A DNA stretch of 57,599 bases from an uncultured Celeribacter sp. GTDB taxonomy: Bacteria > Pseudomonadota > Alphaproteobacteria > Rhodobacterales > Rhodobacteraceae. Position numbers and translations under genes: made by a program. The stretch is from positions 1 through 57,599 of the forward strand of contig CALLMA010000021.1 in the NCBI GenBank assembly GCA_938008015.1, read 5' to 3'. Of this stretch, positions 9,643 to 19,626 are shown piece after piece (positions within the stretch are counted from its first letter, which is position 1; every line of letters begins with the position of its first letter). The notes beneath the pieces are model-generated. The model saw only the letters and a list, made by a program, of their open reading frames with translations, did not search any database and was not told the origin of the DNA.

Positions 9643-11163
9643 ATGTTACCAACATATACTTATGAAAAAATGGCTTATCAGCTGACGAATATTGGCCAGT
9701 ATTATTTTGGTCAAGGGCGCCATTCTTTGGGTGTTCAAACAGGAGGGACCGTCTATTATGACGCCTCTGATTTAAATGCAGCCGGTCAGGCCTTTGCTTC
9801 GGCAGCGTTTGATTCTTGGGCTGGGGTGACGGGGCTCAACTTCGTAGAAGATTCTGATAATGCTGATATTTCATTCTCGCACGGGAAGGGTGGTATGCGT
9901 GCGTTGGTTAAGACAGACAGCCATAACGGTAGAATTTTTTCTGCGGATGTAACAATCTCTGAAAGATGGATTGAAGATGATTGGCGCTATGAAGGCGGTG
10001 AGCTTGTCGTCGATTATGACAGCTACTCATTTACGACATTTGTGCATGAAATTGGTCATGCTTTGGGTTTGGCGCATAGTGGCAACTATAATGGATCGGC
10101 AAATTTTCAAGACGATGCGCATTATGCCAACGATAGCTGGCAGCTTTCTATCATGTCTTATTTTGATCAGAATGAAAATCCTCACGTGGATGCGAGCTTT
10201 GCTTACCCAATCACGCCAATGATTGCGGATATTCTTGCGGTTCATGAGTTGTATGGGACGCCAAATTCTGCATATGCGGGTGACACAATCTATGGCGTCG
10301 GTGGCAACACGGGGACATATCTTGATAATTTGGCCAGCTTTGAAAACCCGGTTTCTTTTACGATTTTTGATACGGGCGGCATTGATACGATTGATGTGAG
10401 TATTTATGGCGAAGATCAAACAGTTAATCTATCAGCCGATAGCATATCTGACATTGGTGGCCTCAAAGGTAATTTACTTGTTTCGCCAGATACAGAAATA
10501 GAAAATCTAAATTTGGGTCACGGTAATGATAAGGCCATCGGCAATGCTTTAGATAATAAAATCTATGGGGGCGATGGGAATGATTATTTGGATGGTGGTA
10601 TAGGCAATGATCGTTTGTTTGATGCCCGGGGAAAAGACGTCATTGAGGGTGGCGCTGGCCATGATCGAATCGTGACGCTTTACGGTGGTGATCATTTGAT
10701 TGGGGGCTCTGGTAATGATTTTATTACTGGGGGCGTTGGAATGGATGTTTTGAAGGGCGAATCTGGAAATGATATTTTAGCTGGGGAAGTTGATATGAAC
10801 TTTTTTACGGGCTCCGATGAATTGATCGGCGGTGCTGGTGATGACATTCTTATGGGGGGGCGGGGAACAGACGTGTTTGTTTTCAGGCCATCTGAAGGGG
10901 AGGATGTTATTGGACGTGCAGATTTGAGTCGCGTTGAATTTAGGTCAGATGAGGGGTATTCCGTCGAGGTGATTGAAGCTGATTATCAAGTTGGCATTGA
11001 TGAAATTAAGCTGATTGGATTTCAGGGTGTTAATGCTGGCAATGTCAGTGATTACCTTGAAGATGGGCAAGATGGCGCGATTTTTGAAGCGCAGGGCACG
11101 CAGATAACATTCTTTGGTATTTCGGCAGAAGAGATATTGGTGGATGATTTTGTTTTTGTATAA
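9643..11163 (+). CDS. Serralysin-like M10 zinc metalloprotease with RTX Ca-binding repeats
   Basis: HEIGHALGLAH zinc motif, SIMSYF Met-turn, IFDTGGIDTID, many GGxGxD nonapeptides, DDFVFV type I secretion-like end. Confidence 0.92.
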   Translation: MLPTYTYEKMAYQLTNIGQYYFGQGRHSLGVQTGGTVYYDASDLNAAGQAFASAAFDSWAGVTGLNFVEDSDNADISFSHGKGGMRALVKTDSHNGRIFSADVTISERWIEDDWRYEGGELVVDYDSYSFTTFVHEIGHALGLAHSGNYNGSANFQDDAHYANDSWQLSIMSYFDQNENPHVDASFAYPITPMIADILAVHELYGTPNSAYAGDTIYGVGGNTGTYLDNLASFENPVSFTIFDTGGIDTIDVSIYGEDQTVNLSADSISDIGGLKGNLLVSPDTEIENLNLGHGNDKAIGNALDNKIYGGDGNDYLDGGIGNDRLFDARGKDVIEGGAGHDRIVTLYGGDHLIGGSGNDFITGGVGMDVLKGESGNDILAGEVDMNFFTGSDELIGGAGDDILMGGRGTDVFVFRPSEGEDVIGRADLSRVEFRSDEGYSVEVIEADYQVGIDEIKLIGFQGVNAGNVSDYLEDGQDGAIFEAQGTQITFFGISAEEILVDDFVFV

Positions 11164-11308
11164 ACTTGCCGTGATACGTGCCGCCAAGCGACGGCAATAT
11201 CACGGTTAAATTTTCTGTACATCTTTTACGATTTAAAGAATAGTAGACTAAGAATTCTTGTGCCTTATCAAGGTTCTGTATTTTGTTGTTATAAATGATA
11301 GTGTTCTT

Positions 11309-12106
11309 ATGTCTATTTTTTCTAAAGTAATGAGCGCAGGCGTGGTTCTGCAGGGAGTTCCGAGGGCTTCTCGAAACTCAGAAATCTTAAATCGTTTGGC
11401 CCTACTGGTCGGTCTTGCAGCGGTATCTTTGCCTATTTTTTTGTGGATCGGCGGCCGCTTCGATAACTCATGCATGCGTGACACAATAAGCCATTTTTAT
11501 TATGCGCCATTTTTGGGAGCAATTTTCGTAGGCTTTTTGTTTTTCATTGGCGGCTTTCTCATCGCATTTTCAGGAGATAGCCGCTTAGAGGATTGGGGGA
11601 GTAATATCGCCGGTGTTTGTGCTATTGCTGTTGCAATATTCCCAACGTCAAAAAGTGGCTGCGCGCCAGGGGTTTTCACTTCACGCGTATTTGCCAAAGT
11701 GAACGCCACCCAAGAGCAATTGTTATTAGAGCCTGTTCCTGGGCGGGATTATTTTGAATTATTCGGTGATTCCAGCGAGTGGCATCTCTTGGCTGCGGCA
11801 GGGGTGTTTTTGTACTTAGGCCTTTTTTGCCTCGTTGTTTTAAAGCGTATACTGCCTGAGAAACATTTAGATCAAAATGGGCAACTTCTGCCAAGGAAAG
11901 CGCGTCGGAATGGATACTATACGATTTGTGGCGTTGTCATATTTATATGTGCAAGCATTTTGGCTTGCTATGGCTCGTTGCCGGAGGATTTGAGTGAAAA
12001 ATGGGAGCACTATAATGTGACCTTCTATTTGGAAACACTTATTCTTTGGGCTTTTGGGGCAGCTTGGTTTATTAAAGGCCGCATGTTTGATGCGCTTAAT
12101 GATTGA
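11309..12106 (+). CDS. Multi-pass membrane protein of unknown function (DUF998-like)
   Basis: About six hydrophobic helices; TISHFYY, AIFPT and E...LWAFG.AWFIKG motifs; ATG at 11309 chosen, track start 11258. Confidence 0.65.
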   Translation: MSIFSKVMSAGVVLQGVPRASRNSEILNRLALLVGLAAVSLPIFLWIGGRFDNSCMRDTISHFYYAPFLGAIFVGFLFFIGGFLIAFSGDSRLEDWGSNIAGVCAIAVAIFPTSKSGCAPGVFTSRVFAKVNATQEQLLLEPVPGRDYFELFGDSSEWHLLAAAGVFLYLGLFCLVVLKRILPEKHLDQNGQLLPRKARRNGYYTICGVVIFICASILACYGSLPEDLSEKWEHYNVTFYLETLILWAFGAAWFIKGRMFDALND

Positions 12107-12221
12107 CCAAAATTTGTGTTCATATGCGGCTTGAGTTTTTGCGATCACAAACCCAAGGCTTGCTCATTTTGGTTTAGAGCGTTAGACCCATTGCAAAGAA
12201 AAAATAGAGGGCGATCAAAAT

Positions 12222-13148
12222 ATGCGCGCATTTGTGTTTCCAGGGCAAGGTGCTCAAGCGATTGGAATGGGAAAAGCTTTAGCTGAGAGCTATGCGAGTT
12301 CCAAAGCTGTGTTTGACGAGGTGAATGAAGCCTTAGGAGAAGATCTTTCTAAATTGATTTGGGAAGGCGATATTGCTGAGCTGACGCTGACACAAAATGC
12401 GCAACCAGCTTTGATGGCAACATCATTAGCGGCCTTTCGCGCTTTGCAAGAAGAAGGCTTTGATATTTCTGATGCCGCTTTTGTCGCAGGGCATTCTTTG
12501 GGTGAATACTCTGCTCTTGCTGCAGCAGGTTCGATCTCTGTTTTTGATGCTGCGAAGCTTTTGCGCACACGTGGGCAAGCTATGCAAGAGGCTGTGCCTG
12601 TTGGTAAGGGTGCAATGGCCGCGCTTTTAGGCTTAGATTTCGCGAAGGTGACTGAAATTGCTGAAGCGGCCGCTCAAGGGGATGTGTGTCAGGCTGCAAA
12701 TGATAATGATCCAAGCCAAGTTGTTGTGTCTGGTGATAAGGCTGCTGTTGAGCGCGCTGTTGATTTGGCAAAAGAAGCAGGTGCGAAACGCGCTGTTATA
12801 TTGCCTGTATCGGCGCCATTCCATTGCGCTTTGATGGCTCCAGCTGCGGACGTCATGAAAGACTCTCTGGCCAAAGTTGACATCAAGGCACCATCTGTTC
12901 CGCTTGTCGCAAATGTTCGTGCGAGTGCGGTGGAAGATGCGGATTTGATCCGAGATTTACTTGTTGAACAAGTGACTGGCTCAGTGCGTTGGAGAGAATC
13001 TGTTGCTTACATGGCCGAAAAAGGTGTCACTGAAATTTGGGAAATTGGTGCAGGCAAGGCGCTTTCAGGAATGATCCGCCGAATAGAGCGCTCTATTGCT
13101 TGTAGCCCAGCCGGAACGCCTGAAGATATCGAAAAGTTAAAAGCTTAA
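12222..13148 (+). CDS. fabD: Malonyl-CoA:ACP transacylase
   Basis: FVFPGQGAQ, AGHSLGEY, LPVSAPFHC. Confidence 0.97.
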   Translation: MRAFVFPGQGAQAIGMGKALAESYASSKAVFDEVNEALGEDLSKLIWEGDIAELTLTQNAQPALMATSLAAFRALQEEGFDISDAAFVAGHSLGEYSALAAAGSISVFDAAKLLRTRGQAMQEAVPVGKGAMAALLGLDFAKVTEIAEAAAQGDVCQAANDNDPSQVVVSGDKAAVERAVDLAKEAGAKRAVILPVSAPFHCALMAPAADVMKDSLAKVDIKAPSVPLVANVRASAVEDADLIRDLLVEQVTGSVRWRESVAYMAEKGVTEIWEIGAGKALSGMIRRIERSIACSPAGTPEDIEKLKA

Positions 13149-13177
13149 AGCCATTACTGAGGCTTAAGGAGAAAAAT

Positions 13178-13915
13178 ATGTTTGATTTAACTGGAAAAAA
13201 TGCACTTATCACTGGAGCATCGGGTGGTATTGGCGGTGAAATTGCGCGCGCATTACATAAAGCTGGTGCAAGTGTTGGATTATCAGGGACACGCGTTGAG
13301 CCATTAGAAGCATTGGCCGCTGAGCTCGGTGAGCGCGCATTTGTTTTGCCATGTAATCTTTCTGAGAAAGAAAGCGTAGAGGCATTGCCTAAAGCAGCTG
13401 TTGAAGCGATGGGATCTGTTGATATTTTGGTGAATAACGCCGGTATCACGCGCGATAATTTGTTTATGCGTATGTCTGATGATGAGTGGGATTCTGTTCT
13501 GAATGTGAATTTGACATCCACAATGCGCCTTTGCAAAGGTGTTATGCGCGGCATGATGAAAAAGCGTTGGGGACGTATTGTAAATATTTCCTCGATCGTT
13601 GGCGCAACAGGAAATCCTGGCCAAGGGAACTATGCGGCTTCAAAAGCTGGTGTGGTTGGCATGTCTAAATCATTGGCCTATGAAGTGGCTTCACGTGGCA
13701 TTACTGTGAATTGCGTTGCGCCTGGTTTTATTGCAACGGCGATGACAGATAAGCTCACGGATGAGCAAAAAGACAAAATTAATGTGCAAATTCCAGCGGC
13801 ACGCATGGGGACGCCCGCAGAAATAGCTTCTGCAGTGCTTTACTTGGCTTCAGATTCAGCTGGGTACACGACAGGTACGACATTGCATGTGAATGGTGGC
13901 ATGGCAATGCTATAA
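13178..13915 (+). CDS. fabG: 3-oxoacyl-ACP reductase
   Basis: TGASGGIG, NNAGITRD, NYAASKAG; fab cluster context. Confidence 0.97.
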   Translation: MFDLTGKNALITGASGGIGGEIARALHKAGASVGLSGTRVEPLEALAAELGERAFVLPCNLSEKESVEALPKAAVEAMGSVDILVNNAGITRDNLFMRMSDDEWDSVLNVNLTSTMRLCKGVMRGMMKKRWGRIVNISSIVGATGNPGQGNYAASKAGVVGMSKSLAYEVASRGITVNCVAPGFIATAMTDKLTDEQKDKINVQIPAARMGTPAEIASAVLYLASDSAGYTTGTTLHVNGGMAML

Positions 13916-14123
13916 ACTAATGTTGCAAATTGATATAAACCTCTTGCTATATCGAAAGTTTATGTTATGAGCAGCTCAGATTTGGTGATAGGTGTCGAAA
14001 AGAATTCGATATCTTGATACTTGTGTTTTTGAATTTGATTTCAATTTTGAAAACACACCAATACGCGGGCCCAAAGGCCAAAGATTAACGGGCATTTTGG
14101 CCCATATTTGTGAGGAATATAAT

Positions 14124-14357
14124 ATGAGCGATATCGCAGAACGCGTAAAGAAGATCGTTGTTGAGCATCTTGATGCGGACGAAAGCAAAGTAACTGAAGC
14201 AGCATCTTTCATTGATGATCTCGGCGCAGACAGCCTTGACACAGTTGAATTGGTTATGGCGTTCGAAGAAGAGTTCGGCATCGAAATCCCTGATGATGCA
14301 GCGGAAACAATTCAAACTTTTGGTGATGCTGTTAAATTCATCACTGAAGCTTCTTAA
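14124..14357 (+). CDS. acpP: Acyl carrier protein
   Basis: [20 protein letters not shown]; ATG at 14124 after GAGGA RBS gives 77 aa. Confidence 0.98.
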   Translation: MSDIAERVKKIVVEHLDADESKVTEAASFIDDLGADSLDTVELVMAFEEEFGIEIPDDAAETIQTFGDAVKFITEAS

Positions 14358-14381
14358 GTTACCTTAAGAAACACAGTTTTA

Positions 14382-14418
14382 GCGGCACTCACAATTTTTG
14401 TTGTGGGTGCCGTTTTTT
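14382..14418 (+). terminator. Intrinsic terminator after acpP
   Basis: GCGGCACTCACAA / TTGTGGGTGCCGT stem followed by a T-run. Confidence 0.8.
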
Positions 14419-14543
14419 ATTAAAATTTATGATTTAGGTTGAAACTTAAAATGAGACCTTTGAATCTTCTCAATATGCTCTTTGCCTTTTCTATTTGGCT
14501 TTTGCGGTGTATTGAAGAGAAAATGAAATAAAAGAGGGTTAAA

Positions 14544-15803
14544 ATGCGCCGCGTCGTTGTAACTGGATTAGGAATGGTTTCACCACTGGCTTGTGGTGTT
14601 GAAGAAACTTGGGAAAAACTGCTTGCAGGTGAATCTGCCGCAGGCACAATTCAAAAATTCAACCCGGAACGGGTGACAACCAAATATGCTTGTGAAGTCC
14701 CGCTAGGTGATGGAACGAATGGCACATTCAATCCAAGCGATTGGATGGCCCCAAAAGAGCGTAAAAAAGTTGATGATTTTATTCTCTATGGCATTGCAGC
14801 GGCTGAACAAGCGGTAAATGATGCGAATTGGAGGCCTGAAGGCGAAGAAGATCGTCTTCGCACTGGTGTCATGATTGGTTCAGGAATCGGTGGGCTTTCT
14901 TCCATTGCTGACGGTGCAGTTACATTGGCAGAAAAAGGCCCGCGCCGTATTTCTCCATTCTTTATTCCTGGCTCATTGATCAATTTGATTTCTGGCCAAG
15001 TGTCGATCCGTTATGGCTTCAAGGGGCCGAACCACGCCGTTGTAACAGCGTGTTCAACGGGGGCGCATGCGATTGGTGATGCGGCGCGTCTTATCAGCTA
15101 TGGTGATGCGGATGTGATGATTGCAGGCGGTGCGGAAGCTGCCATTTGTGAGCTCGGCATTGCTGGGTTTAATGCTTGTAAAGCGCTTTCAACGAACCGC
15201 GCTGATGATCCGACCAAAGCATCACGTCCATATGACGCGGATCGCGATGGTTTTGTGATGGGCGAGGGCGCTGGTGTTGTTGTCCTTGAAGAATATGAGC
15301 ATGCGGTTGCACGCGGCGCTAAAATTTATGCGGAAGTTGCAGGCTACGGTCTTTCAGGAGATGCGTACCATATCACGGCGCCTGCTTCTGATGGCGATGG
15401 GGGCTACCGTTCAATGCAAGCGGCGCTTAATCGTGCTGGCATTGAGCCGGCTGATGTCGATTATATCAACGCGCATGGGACATCTACAATGGCCGATACG
15501 ATCGAGCTTGGTGCTGTTGAGCGTTTGATGGGAGATGCGGCTTCAAAGGCCACGATGTCGTCAACGAAATCATCGATTGGTCACCTTCTTGGTGCGGCAG
15601 GTGCGGTTGAAGCAATTTTTTGCGTTCTTGCAATCCGTGATCAAGTTGCCCCTCCAACGATCAATTTAGATAATCCTGCCGTTGAGCCGAAATTAGATTT
15701 GGCGCCAAACGCAAAGCGTGAGCGGGAAATCAATATTGCTCTTTCCAATTCATTTGGATTTGGTGGCACAAACGCTTCGCTAGTTCTTAAAAAGGTACAA
15801 TAA
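14544..15803 (+). CDS. fabF: Beta-ketoacyl-ACP synthase II
   Basis: RRVVVTGLG, TACSTGAH, YINAHGTST, GHLLGAAG, SNSFGFGG. Confidence 0.97.
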   Translation: MRRVVVTGLGMVSPLACGVEETWEKLLAGESAAGTIQKFNPERVTTKYACEVPLGDGTNGTFNPSDWMAPKERKKVDDFILYGIAAAEQAVNDANWRPEGEEDRLRTGVMIGSGIGGLSSIADGAVTLAEKGPRRISPFFIPGSLINLISGQVSIRYGFKGPNHAVVTACSTGAHAIGDAARLISYGDADVMIAGGAEAAICELGIAGFNACKALSTNRADDPTKASRPYDADRDGFVMGEGAGVVVLEEYEHAVARGAKIYAEVAGYGLSGDAYHITAPASDGDGGYRSMQAALNRAGIEPADVDYINAHGTSTMADTIELGAVERLMGDAASKATMSSTKSSIGHLLGAAGAVEAIFCVLAIRDQVAPPTINLDNPAVEPKLDLAPNAKREREINIALSNSFGFGGTNASLVLKKVQ

Positions 15804-15805
15804 AT

Positions 15806-16969
15806 ATGTGGCGTTCTATCGCCTCAAATGCTTTGAGCATTATTCTCGTCGGCCTTGTGATCTTGGCCGGCGTTATTTCTTGGGCGCAAAACCAATACAG
15901 CAGCGCTGGACCACTTGAAAATGCCGTCTGCCTTCGTGTTGCTCAAGGGTCAAATTTTTCAAAAGTTTCAAATGATTTAGAAGCCCAAGGGGCTTTGTCG
16001 AGCCCGTCAATATTCAGGCTTGGCGTGCGGTATAGCGATCGTTCTTCGCAGCTTAAGGCGGGCGCATTTTTGGTGCCGGCTGGGGCTTCTATGCACGAAA
16101 TCGTTGATATCGTCACGCGTGGCGGGGCTTCAAATTGCGGGCGCGAGGTCATCTACCGCATTGGTGTTGCTTCTGCGCAAATGCAGCTTCGTGAGCTTGA
16201 TCCAAATGATAATGGATATGATGTTGTTGCTGAATATACACCAAGTGCTGAGGCTTTTGAGATTCCACAACTCTTTGATGCAGCTTTAGAAGATGAAAAT
16301 ACGCGCTACCGTATTTTGATAGCTGAGGGGGCAACTGTATGGCGGGTGAGCGAAAGTTTAAAGCATGCGCGCTTTTTATCCGGCTCACTTGAAGCCAATG
16401 AAATACCTGCCGAAGGCAGAATAGCGCCAGATAGCTATGAAGTTCGCATTGGAACGAATGTGGATGATGTTATTGCTCAGATGGTTGAAGCGCAAGATCG
16501 TCGGCTTGCAAAAGTTTGGGAAGGACGTGAAGAGGGATTGCCTCTTCAGTCTGCGGAAGAACTTTTGATTCTCGCATCAATCATCGAGAAGGAAACGGGG
16601 CTCGCGGAAGAGCGTCCTCAGGTTGCCAGTGTTTTTGTAAATCGTTTGCGTCAAGGTATGAAATTGCAAACGGATCCAACCGTCGTTTACGGTGTAACAG
16701 ATGGTAAAGGCGTTTTAGGGCGTGGGTTGCGGCGGTCTGAATTGAGAGCGCGTAATCCTTACAATACATATGTAATTGCAGGGATGCCCCCAGGCCCAAT
16801 TGCAAATCCTGGGCTTGCGGCTTTGGAGGCTGCGGCGCACCCTGATGTCACCCCATATATCTTTTTTGTGGCCGATGGGACTGGCGGGCATGCTTTTTCG
16901 CGCACTCTAGCAGAGCATAATCGCAATGTGGCTCGATGGCGTGAAATAGAGCGACAGCGCGCAAATTAA
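15806..16969 (+). CDS. mltG: Endolytic transglycosylase MltG (YceG)
   Basis: N-terminal TM helix, LASIIEKET, VFVNRL..GMKLQTDPT, NPYNTY..GMPPGPIANPG. Confidence 0.95.
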   Translation: MWRSIASNALSIILVGLVILAGVISWAQNQYSSAGPLENAVCLRVAQGSNFSKVSNDLEAQGALSSPSIFRLGVRYSDRSSQLKAGAFLVPAGASMHEIVDIVTRGGASNCGREVIYRIGVASAQMQLRELDPNDNGYDVVAEYTPSAEAFEIPQLFDAALEDENTRYRILIAEGATVWRVSESLKHARFLSGSLEANEIPAEGRIAPDSYEVRIGTNVDDVIAQMVEAQDRRLAKVWEGREEGLPLQSAEELLILASIIEKETGLAEERPQVASVFVNRLRQGMKLQTDPTVVYGVTDGKGVLGRGLRRSELRARNPYNTYVIAGMPPGPIANPGLAALEAAAHPDVTPYIFFVADGTGGHAFSRTLAEHNRNVARWREIERQRAN

Positions 16970-16975
16970 AACTTT

Positions 16976-17003
16976 AAAACCTGCGTGTTGCGCAGGTTTT
17001 TTT
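16976..17003 (+). terminator. Intrinsic terminator between mltG and the GTA terminase genes
   Basis: AAAACCTGCG-TGTTG-CGCAGGTTTT plus T-run. Confidence 0.85.
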
Positions 17004-17044
17004 ATTACGAACTTCCTGTTAACTTATTGAAAATAATAAACTTA

Positions 17045-17072
17045 TTGACTTTTTGGGCTTTTTTGCTATTTT
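17045..17072 (+). promoter_or_regulatory. Putative promoter of the GTA terminase genes (TTGACT-N16-TATTTT)
   Basis: Hexamers at 17045-17050 and 17067-17072, between the mltG terminator and terS. Confidence 0.4.
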
Positions 17073-17181
17073 CATAGTGCTGGAAGGTGAGGAAAGTTGG
17101 TTTTGAGCGATGATTGGCTCGCTTCTATAAAAAGCGCTGACCTTGCCTGTTGTGTGAAAACAATAAACATAAGAGGCACAA

Positions 17182-17508
17182 ATGACGGCGAAGAAAATAC
17201 CTCGGCAAGATGAGCAAGATACATATCTCATTGAAATAGCACGGCGCAATGTCATCCGTGTCATAAAAGCAATCGATCAGGCTTTAGATGATGTGGAAGC
17301 AGGTGAAACTGCGGCGCTAAGTGATATTCCCAAATATTTAACGGAATTAAGAAAAGCAATGCAGACGGCAATGGATGAAAGGAAGCGTTTAGATGAGCAA
17401 AAACGCAAGGAAGGGCAACTTGGAGCAGGAGAAATTGATTTTGAAGCCGCTAGAAATGAAGTCCTTGATCGATTGGCTCGCCTTAAAAAATCGCAAATTT
17501 CAGACTAA
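17182..17508 (+). CDS. GTA small terminase (RcGTA g1-like)
   Basis: 108-aa helical protein ending IDFEAARNEVLDRLARL, typical of GTA TerS; overlaps the terL start. Confidence 0.8.
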   Translation: MTAKKIPRQDEQDTYLIEIARRNVIRVIKAIDQALDDVEAGETAALSDIPKYLTELRKAMQTAMDERKRLDEQKRKEGQLGAGEIDFEAARNEVLDRLARLKKSQISD

Positions 17509-18808
17509 GTTTTTGGATGATTTAGAAGGAAAGGGAGCGCTTCATGCGCTCCCGTTTTTGTTTGAAGCATGGGCTTTACCTCACCAAATTCCGCCTGAGG
17601 GAGATTGGCGAACATGGGTTATCTTGGGAGGGCGTGGGGCTGGGAAAACGAGGGCAGGCGCTGAATGGGTCCGAACACTTGTTGAGGGGGATAAACCATT
17701 GAGCGGCGGGGCTTGTCACCGCATTGCTCTTGTTGGGGAGACTTATGATCAGGCGCGCGAAGTGATGGTGTTTGGCGATAGTGGGATCTTGGCATGTACG
17801 CCCGAAGACCGTAAGCCGCGCTGGGTTGCAACAAGGCGAACGCTTGTTTGGCCCAATGGCGCAGAGGCGACTGTTTTTTCAGGCAATGATCCTGAAGCAT
17901 TGCGTGGTCCTCAATTCGACGCGGCTTGGGTTGATGAATTGGCGAAATGGAAGAAATCACAAGAGGCTTGGGACATGCTGCAATTCGCTTTGCGCCTTGG
18001 AGATCACCCAAGGCAAGTTGTGACAACGACACCTCGAAATATCGCGCTCTTGAAAGAGCTGTTGAAACGCAAAAATACTGTCGTCACACATGCAACAACT
18101 GAAGAAAACAAAGCCAATCTTGCATCCAGCTTTTTAGAAGAAATGACAGAAAGATATGCAGGCACGCGCCTTGGGCGTCAGGAATTGCAAGGCGTCCTCT
18201 TGGAGGAAGAGGAGGGGGCTATGTGGTCCTATGCGCAATTGGATAGGCTGCGCGTTGAGCTATTGCCAGAAATGGACCGGATCATTGTTGCAGTGGATCC
18301 GCCTGTGAGCAGTCATGAGGGCTCTGATGAGTGTGGAATCTTGGTTGTGGGAGCTCAGATGCAAGGCGATCCAAAGGATTGGCGTGCTTACGTGTTGGAG
18401 GATGCATCGCAGCGGGCGCTGCAACCAAGCGGATGGGCGCAGGCTGTTATTGATGCCTATCAAAAATGGCAGGCGGATAAAGTGATTGCGGAGGTGAACC
18501 AAGGCGGTGATTTGGTGGAAACGGTCATACGGCAAGTTGATCCGCTTGTGTCGTATAAATCTGTGCGCGCGAGCAAAGGAAAACAAGCGCGCGCGGAGCC
18601 TGTGGCAGCATTATATGATCAAGGGCGTGTATATCATTCGAAAGTCGATTTATCTGCTTTAGAGGAGCAACTCACAAAAATGAGTTTGCAAGGTTACAAA
18701 GGGCGCGGATCGCCAGATCGCCTTGATGCTTTGGTGTGGGCGGTTCATGAGCTGTTGATCATACCGAGCAAGAGGTATCAAAGGCCAAGGGTGCGCAGTT
18801 TGCTCTAG
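17456..18808 (+). CDS. GTA large terminase (g2-like DNA packaging ATPase/nuclease)
   Basis: WALPHQIPPEGDW, GGRGAGKT (Walker A), LRGPQFDAAWVDELAKW, VAVDPP, SPDRLDALVWA; ATG 17456 (MKSLIDWLA) preferred over 17393. Confidence 0.95.
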   Translation: MKSLIDWLALKNRKFQTKFLDDLEGKGALHALPFLFEAWALPHQIPPEGDWRTWVILGGRGAGKTRAGAEWVRTLVEGDKPLSGGACHRIALVGETYDQAREVMVFGDSGILACTPEDRKPRWVATRRTLVWPNGAEATVFSGNDPEALRGPQFDAAWVDELAKWKKSQEAWDMLQFALRLGDHPRQVVTTTPRNIALLKELLKRKNTVVTHATTEENKANLASSFLEEMTERYAGTRLGRQELQGVLLEEEEGAMWSYAQLDRLRVELLPEMDRIIVAVDPPVSSHEGSDECGILVVGAQMQGDPKDWRAYVLEDASQRALQPSGWAQAVIDAYQKWQADKVIAEVNQGGDLVETVIRQVDPLVSYKSVRASKGKQARAEPVAALYDQGRVYHSKVDLSALEEQLTKMSLQGYKGRGSPDRLDALVWAVHELLIIPSKRYQRPRVRSLL

Positions 18809-18901
18809 GGGGGAGCGGATTGATCGTACATCGTTTGCATTTATTTGCGGGAGAAGCCGATTATGGGTGGTAACTTTACGGACTTGCTATAAATTGGCCT
18901 T

Positions 18902-19606
18902 ATGTCAATTTGGGCGCGCATACTTGAGACGATATCATCGCTCTCTAAAGGGGAAGGGCTTTCGCATGTCTTTAAATGGCTGCGATCGGAGCCTGAGAGG
19001 CGCGTGGGATTCGCGATTGCTGTTATTGGGCTTGGTGCGAAAATGGCAAAAGCAGATGGTTTGGTCACGCGAGATGAGGTCACTGCGTTTAGAGAAGTCT
19101 TCCATATTGAGAAAGAAGATGAGAAAGCGGCTGGGCGTGTTTTTAATTTAGCACGCCAAGATGTGGCAGGGTTCGAGGAATATGCTCAATCTGTTAAATC
19201 TATGTATGGGTCTTCTTGTGAGCCTTTATTAGATCTGATGGATGGTCTGTTTCATATTGCGATGGCGGATGGTGAATATCATCCGAATGAAGATGCGTTT
19301 TTATCTCGAGTCGCTGAAATTTTTGAAATAAAAGAGCAAGCTTTTCGGGCGATGCGCGCGCGCATTGTCCCTGACGCTCAGCCTGATCCTTATGATGTAC
19401 TTGGGGTGACGAGTGATCATTCTATCGCGGAAATTAAACAAGCCTATCGTAATTTGGTCCGCGAGACGCATCCTGACCGCATGATCGCTCGCGGCGTGCC
19501 TGAAGAAGCTGTTAATCTCGCAACCCACAAGATGGCACAGATCAATGCGGCGTGGGACGAAATCCAAGAATTTTCTAGCCAGAGTGCAAATAGCCAAAAG
19601 TCTTAA
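18902..19606 (+). CDS. djlA: DjlA-like co-chaperone (TerB-like domain plus J-domain)
   Basis: LGAKMAKADGLVT, DPYDVLGV, HPD motif (ETHPDRM), INAAWDEI. Confidence 0.88.
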   Translation: MSIWARILETISSLSKGEGLSHVFKWLRSEPERRVGFAIAVIGLGAKMAKADGLVTRDEVTAFREVFHIEKEDEKAAGRVFNLARQDVAGFEEYAQSVKSMYGSSCEPLLDLMDGLFHIAMADGEYHPNEDAFLSRVAEIFEIKEQAFRAMRARIVPDAQPDPYDVLGVTSDHSIAEIKQAYRNLVRETHPDRMIARGVPEEAVNLATHKMAQINAAWDEIQEFSSQSANSQKS

Positions 19607-19626
19607 TCGTTGGTGGAGTTGATATC

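Noticed and set aside
17456-17508. Programmed frameshift fusing terS and terL at CTTAAAAAAT
   Set aside because: terL is in the +1 frame, there is no canonical slippery heptamer in the terS frame, and terL has its own ATG at 17456
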